DNA of 28,604 bases. Origin: an archaeon (GTDB taxonomy: Archaea; SpSt-1190; DYHY01). This document shows positions 24,469 to 28,604 of the stretch, one piece after another. The position numbers and the translations under genes are program-made. The stretch covers positions 1 through 28,604 of the forward strand of contig JBBIPP010000015.1 in assembly GCA_037442745.1 (NCBI GenBank). Direction: 5' to 3'. A model generated the notes under the pieces. That model saw only the letters and a program-made list of their open reading frames with translations, was not told where the DNA came from and did no database searches. Numbering within the stretch: position 1 is the first letter of the stretch; each line of letters begins with the position of its first letter.

Positions 24469-25368
24469 ATGGAAGAGGAATTTTCAGAAAGCGACTATAT
24501 TAAAGCGGGCTCAATTGCCGGGCAGGCAAGAGCCTTTGGATTGGAACTAATTGCCCCGGGAACTTCCCTTCTTCAAGTTGCTGAGAGGGTTGAAGCAGAG
24601 ATAATTCGCCTTGGCGGAAAACCAGCTTTCCCTGTGAACATTTCCCGGAATTCCGAAGCTGCCCACTACACTCCCGTTCCCGGGGACAAGGGGGTTTTCA
24701 GGGAAGGGGATGTTGTGAAGCTCGACTTGGGAGTGCACATCAACGGGTTCGTTGCTGACACGGCCATGACAAAAGTTCTCTCTGAAAACCCGCTTCATCT
24801 CTCAATGAAAAAGGCGGCGGAAAACGCCCTCAGTGCCGCGGAAAAAATCCTCTCCCCAGGAGTAAGGGTCTCGGAAATCGGCGCGGCAATTGAGAGCGAA
24901 ATAACTGCGCTCGGCTTCAAGCCAATATACAACTTGACTGGCCATATGCTCAAGAAATACGACCTGCATGCCGGGCTGTCAATACCAAATTATCCTGCGC
25001 TCTCCGGAACTGTTCCGGAAAATTGTGCAGTTGCAATAGAGCCCTTTGCAACTGACGGGGATGGATATGTTTATGACGGCCCTCCCTCTGAAATATACAT
25101 CCTTGAGCAGTCAGGGAAAAGGCCCAGGCTTCCAATAGAGCGCGCCCTTGCGGAGAAGATACAAATGCGTTTCTCAACCCTCCCCTTCACCTCAAGATGG
25201 CTTCCGGGAGAGGGCCCTGAGCTGGCAATTCTCCGGCGCCTTGTCCTTGGCAGGCAGGTCCATAATTATCCGGTCCTTGTTGAAAAATCAGGGGGAATTG
25301 TTGCCCAAGCAGAGCACACTTTCCTGGTTTCCGGGGGCAAAGCCGTCCCGACAACCGCCCCGGAATAA
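24469..25368 (+). CDS. map: Type II methionine aminopeptidase
   Basis: AFPVNIS...AAHYTP, KLDLGVHINGFVADTA, NLTGH, AIEPFAT, VAQAEHT; start ATG 24469. Confidence 0.97.
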   Translation: MEEEFSESDYIKAGSIAGQARAFGLELIAPGTSLLQVAERVEAEIIRLGGKPAFPVNISRNSEAAHYTPVPGDKGVFREGDVVKLDLGVHINGFVADTAMTKVLSENPLHLSMKKAAENALSAAEKILSPGVRVSEIGAAIESEITALGFKPIYNLTGHMLKKYDLHAGLSIPNYPALSGTVPENCAVAIEPFATDGDGYVYDGPPSEIYILEQSGKRPRLPIERALAEKIQMRFSTLPFTSRWLPGEGPELAILRRLVLGRQVHNYPVLVEKSGGIVAQAEHTFLVSGGKAVPTTAPE

Positions 25369-25402
25369 ACATTTATTAACAGAAAAAACGGCGTTGTTCT
25401 CT

Positions 25403-25642
25403 GTGGCAAGGCAAGCTGTTGTTAATAGATTGGAATTCCCCAGAGCTAGAATTGACGAGATTTTCAGGAAGAATTCCCCCGATTTCAGGGTTTCTGAGGA
25501 TGCGAAAGACGCCCTAATGAGCGTCCTCCAAATACTCGGAGTCGAGATATCGAGGCAGGCCATCGCATATGCAATTTCCGAGAAGAGGAAATCAGTTGGC
25601 GAAAAGGACATAAAACGTGCAATAGCGGAGCTTTGGGACTAG
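25403..25642 (+). CDS. Archaeal histone-fold protein
   Basis: EFPRARIDEIFRK...RVSEDAKDAL...EISRQAIAYA...KRKSV...DIKRA; GTG 25403 lies about 25 nt after ATTTATTAA. Confidence 0.88.
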   Translation: MARQAVVNRLEFPRARIDEIFRKNSPDFRVSEDAKDALMSVLQILGVEISRQAIAYAISEKRKSVGEKDIKRAIAELWD

Positions 25643-26517
25643 TGGTTTTCGGCTATTTCCTATTCTGCGCCTCGCTGTTTTTCCTCGGATATGCTAGCTA
25701 TACAGATCTCAGGGGAAGGGAGGTTGCTGACGAGATTTCAGTCGGCTTCCTAGTGTCCGCGCTCTCAATAAGGCTAGCCTGGTTCCTTGCAACCGGGGAT
25801 GAATCGGTTTTCCTGCCCGCCCTTTTGGTATCATTCGGGTTCCTGCTAATATCAATTGCAATGTATTTCTCTAGGCAGTGGGGCGGAGGGGACCTCCTCA
25901 TTCTTACCGCTCTTGGCGCGGCATTCGGAACGCTTCCCCCGGAATTCCCGGACAGAAACGGACCACTTCCCCTGTGGGCGGGAATTTTCATTAACGTTTT
26001 TTTCATAGGGGCGATTTACGGAATTCTCTGGATATTCTCCTTCCTCCTTGCGAGAAGGGAGGTTCTGTCGGAGACTTGCGGGAAAATTGCGAAATATTGG
26101 TTCGTGTCCGCTCCAATACTCCTTGCCGGAGCCCTCTCAGCGGTTTACATGGATTTTATAGGCAAGATTTTCGGAGCAATCCTTGTCCTCCTATATTTCG
26201 CTCTCCTCTCCTCCAAGTCAGCCGAGAACCTTGTTTTTACCAAAAAGACCTTGCCCGAGAACCTGCAGGTCGAGGACTGGATTGTTGGGAAGGTGACTTC
26301 AAAGGGCAGGCCAATTGTCAGCGAATCAACAACTGGCCTTACGCGGGCGGACATTTCGAGAATAATTTCCCTATCGAAGAGAGGGCTCCTTGACCAAAGG
26401 GAAGTGTCCGTAAAGGAGGGAATTCCATTTGTCCCAGTCTTCCTGGCATCCCTTCTAGTGTCCCTCTTCCTAGGAAACCCGGTCTCCTGGCTTTTGGGAA
26501 TGCCTCTTATTGCCTGA
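25642..26517 (+). CDS. Prepilin/prearchaellin peptidase (A24, FlaK/PibD-like)
   Basis: ASYTDLRGREV (first Asp), WGGGDL (GxGD), C-terminal IPFVPVF; GTG start overlaps the histone TAG. Confidence 0.9.
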   Translation: MVFGYFLFCASLFFLGYASYTDLRGREVADEISVGFLVSALSIRLAWFLATGDESVFLPALLVSFGFLLISIAMYFSRQWGGGDLLILTALGAAFGTLPPEFPDRNGPLPLWAGIFINVFFIGAIYGILWIFSFLLARREVLSETCGKIAKYWFVSAPILLAGALSAVYMDFIGKIFGAILVLLYFALLSSKSAENLVFTKKTLPENLQVEDWIVGKVTSKGRPIVSESTTGLTRADISRIISLSKRGLLDQREVSVKEGIPFVPVFLASLLVSLFLGNPVSWLLGMPLIA

Positions 26518-26712
26518 CTATTTCGGTGGCTTCACTTCGCCAATAATGGATTTTACGGCCTTCTTTGAAGTGAAAATCCCGGCATATGCAATTACAGTAA
26601 CTGCAATGAAGAAGAGGAGCGCCCAGAAAATCGGCTCTCTCCTTCCAGTTATCAGGGCGGAAAGAGTTGCTACAATTATTACAGCATATCCTATCTGGAT
26701 TGGTGCAGCCAT
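26518..26712 (-). CDS. Small 2-TM membrane protein
   Basis: MAAPIQIGYAVIIVATLSALI...IFWALLFFIAVTVIAYAGIF with basic tail; minus-strand GTTATATT about 27 nt upstream. Confidence 0.7.
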   Translation of the reverse strand: MAAPIQIGYAVIIVATLSALITGRREPIFWALLFFIAVTVIAYAGIFTSKKAVKSIIGEVKPPK

Positions 26713-26804
26713 TCTCCCAAATAACCAACACCCCCCCAAATATAACCTTTTTCAAGAGGGAGTTGAATGAAACCTTTATTAGCCGGAAAGGAAAATAACT
26801 CGGC

Positions 26805-26978
26805 ATGGGAATAATCGAATCAGTCTCTGGCGCCCTGAACGCCATTCCTTGGGACTTGGTTGTCGCATCAGTTCTTGGGTTTGGAATATGCTTTTACATC
26901 GGGAAATTCTTCGCGGAGGACGCAGGAGAACAGGAGAGGTTTGAATATTTGTCAGGAAAAAGGAGGCTCCGGGAATAA
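26805..26978 (+). CDS. 57-aa single-TM protein (below ORF-track cutoff)
   Basis: MGIIESVSGALNAIPWDLVVASVLGFGICFYIGKFFAEDAGEQERFEYLSGKRRLRE*; CTTTATTA box about 25-30 nt upstream. Confidence 0.65.
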   Translation: MGIIESVSGALNAIPWDLVVASVLGFGICFYIGKFFAEDAGEQERFEYLSGKRRLRE

Positions 26979-27133
26979 TGTCCTTTTCAGCAACAAACCT
27001 GCAGATTTTGATTGCCCTAGGGGTTTCAGGGGCGCTCGGTCTTGCCACGGGTTTCTTCTACGGAAGCAGGATGTCTGTCCCGAAGAAATTCTACAAATAT
27101 CCGTCAAGCCATTGGAAAATAAGGAAAAGGTAG
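26978..27133 (+). CDS. 51-aa single-TM protein (below ORF-track cutoff)
   Basis: MSFSATNLQILIALGVSGALGLATGFFYGSRMSVPKKFYKYPSSHWKIRKR*; TAATG overlap and AGGAGG upstream. Confidence 0.65.
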   Translation: MSFSATNLQILIALGVSGALGLATGFFYGSRMSVPKKFYKYPSSHWKIRKR

Positions 27134-27142
27134 TCCGGAAAA

Positions 27143-27568
27143 GTGGTCGCAGGTTCAAGGAAGCTCCGGGTCGCGATAATTGGCTCAAGCGAGGATTCCG
27201 CTCTGATTGATGCTGTCTCCACAGTCTGCGCAAGAAGGGGAGCAATCCTTCTTGTCGAGGGCTCCCCGTTCGGGGAGGAAGCTGTCTTGTCGGGGTCGAA
27301 AATAGCCTCAATGAGATATCTTGCGTTCTCCTATCCGAAATCAATTGGCGCGCTAGATGTCAGAGCCCGCTTCAATACGAGGTTCTCGGCAATTGAATGC
27401 CTCTGCAACTCGGCGGACGGAATAGTTATTTTAGGGGAAGACCGCCTGGCCGAGGAGATTTGCAGGGCAATCGGAAAGCCCCTCTCAAAGCCTGCAAAGC
27501 CGGAGCAGGCGCTCTTCGAGGTGGGCGACCTTATAAACAGGATTATTGCCGATTCAATAAACAAGTGA
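27143..27568 (+). CDS. Degenerate SLOG/LOG-like Rossmann-fold protein
   Basis: RVAIIGSS...ARRGAILL...NSADGIVILG...GKP pattern; the glycine-rich CGG and GGxGT motifs are missing. Confidence 0.55.
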   Translation: MVAGSRKLRVAIIGSSEDSALIDAVSTVCARRGAILLVEGSPFGEEAVLSGSKIASMRYLAFSYPKSIGALDVRARFNTRFSAIECLCNSADGIVILGEDRLAEEICRAIGKPLSKPAKPEQALFEVGDLINRIIADSINK

Positions 27569-27654
27569 CAGCATACCTGAAATAGTCGGGCAACCGGTTC
27601 TCCGAATAGAACGGTTTCGACACGGGCGAAATCCGGAAGATATGCATTTTGTTG

Positions 27655-27954
27655 TTAGGCAATTATTTCTCCGACAGCGAAATTCCGAAGAACCCTGACA
27701 ACTTTGACCCTGCATTCGAGGCCGACATTCCCTCCAGGAACGAATAGGACAAGACCCCTTACTGTCACAATCCCATCTCCCTTCCCCCCGGTCTTTTCAA
27801 TCTTGACATCAAGTTCCTCTCCAATTTTTAGGGGCTTGAACCTGTCAAAGTGCCGTCTTTTTCCCCCTTGATATTGCCTTTGCCCAACTTCAACAGCCTG
27901 AGCTTGCGTAGGCGCTTGCGTAGGCGCTTGCGTAGGCGCTTGCGTCTATTGCAA
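27655..27954 (-). pseudogene. Single-TRAM-domain RNA-binding protein; in-frame TAG at codon 3, or a non-canonical start
   Basis: TTG CAA TAG then TQAPTQAPTQAPTQAQ...KPLKIGEELDVKIEKTGGKGDGIVTVRGLVLFVPGGNVGLECRVKVVRVLRNFAVGEIIA*; the TRAM domain itself is intact. Confidence 0.75.
27902..27945 (-). repeat. 12-bp tandem repeat ACGCAAGCGCCT x3.7 (TQAP in the TRAM frame)
   Basis: Read directly. Confidence 0.95.
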
Positions 27955-28057
27955 TTAAATTTCCCGGCGCCGGTTTTCCGGCAATTCAAAGGAAGTCATT
28001 GTCGGGAAATCCCCTTTCCGAGCCATTTTTAAACATTCCTTGCGTAGCAAAAATCCG

Positions 28058-28525
28058 ATGGCGGATTTCGTTTCCCTTACTGAAAAAAGGCTTTCAAGTC
28101 TTCGAATCCCCTGCCAGATTGTTTCCCACAGCACATATGGGAGGAAGACTGAACAGATTGCCCCATTTTTCGGAATCGGAAAGGGAGGGCTCCTAAAAAC
28201 CCTCACGTTTGTTTCCGAGAGCGGAAAGGCAATAATTGCAATTCTTCCAAAGGGCAGGGAGGTTGATGTTCCCCTTCTTGAAACTGCTGCCGGAATCGGA
28301 AGCCTCCGGCTTGCGAAATCCCCTGAAGTGAAGGCAATTACAGGAATGGAAATAGGGGGCGTCAGCCCCTTCGCCATCTCTCTTCCAGTATTCATTGACG
28401 CTTCAATTGAAGCCGAAAAAACAGTAATCCTCTCTGCCGGGGATCCGGAAATCTCTGCAGTTATTTCGGGGAAGGACATTGAAAAAGGGTGCCTCGGAGC
28501 CTTAAAATGCAGTTTCACTAAATAG
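28058..28525 (+). CDS. YbaK/ProX-family aminoacyl-tRNA deacylase
   Basis: LLKTL, LRLA...EVKAITGMEIGGVSPF, PVFID, SAG motifs; TTTTTAAA about 25-30 nt before ATG 28058. Confidence 0.9.
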   Translation: MADFVSLTEKRLSSLRIPCQIVSHSTYGRKTEQIAPFFGIGKGGLLKTLTFVSESGKAIIAILPKGREVDVPLLETAAGIGSLRLAKSPEVKAITGMEIGGVSPFAISLPVFIDASIEAEKTVILSAGDPEISAVISGKDIEKGCLGALKCSFTK

Positions 28526-28604
28526 GCGTTCTTGTCTGGTCTTTTTAACCCCTTGACAAAGATTAGCGAAAAATCCGCAATCCTGACCTTCTCGAAGTTG
28601 AAAG

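Noticed and set aside
4766-27948. Genome-wide TAG reassignment suggested by in-frame TAGs in the surface protein, VIT1 and TRAM genes
   Set aside because: TAG ends valS, aRF1, carS, the histone and ybaK at their expected C-termini; aRF1 has canonical NIKS/YxCxxxF; two of the three genes also have frameshifts.
27955-28604. Long minus-strand frame antisense to ybaK, open to the window edge
   Set aside because: ybaK on the plus strand has clear family motifs; the antisense frame has none. A convergent gene ending near 28500-28560 cannot be resolved from this window.
1-28604. Frequent TCCGGA/CCGG words as a dispersed repeat family
   Set aside because: They occur inside coding sequence throughout and look like codon or oligonucleotide bias; I could not quantify enrichment without computation.

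Overview
Archaeal chromosomal window of roughly 50% GC, most consistent with a small-genome DPANN-type lineage (inferred from aRF1, aMBF1, P0/P1 stalk, CarS, histone, and TATA boxes about 25-35 nt upstream of apparently leaderless starts). It is mostly housekeeping: tRNA-Leu(TAG), tRNA-Gln(TTG), rpl1-rpl10-rpl12, valS, aRF1, pth2, tsaC, map, ybaK, polB, an archaeal lipid head-group cluster (CDP-alcohol phosphatidyltransferase, carS, GT2), presenilin-type and prepilin peptidases, and a histone. Reading beyond the ORF track shows several decayed loci: a RelBE-type toxin-antitoxin pair, a TSP3-repeat surface protein, a VIT1/CCC1 transporter, and a TRAM gene with no usable start codon. It also shows two small membrane ORFs below the track cutoff. 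The least explained structures are (i) a ~300 bp mosaic of tRNA-Gln fragments with hairpin inserts bracketing the intact tRNA-Gln, (ii) a wHTH + membrane protein + exported protein module whose target promoter carries four 11-bp phased direct repeats, (iii) a structured leader and tail-less P0 in the stalk operon, (iv) a histone with an altered tetramer interface, and (v) a highly divergent beta-CASP nuclease. No integrase, transposase or CRISPR array was seen. Family assignments are from motif recognition by eye; no database searches were run.
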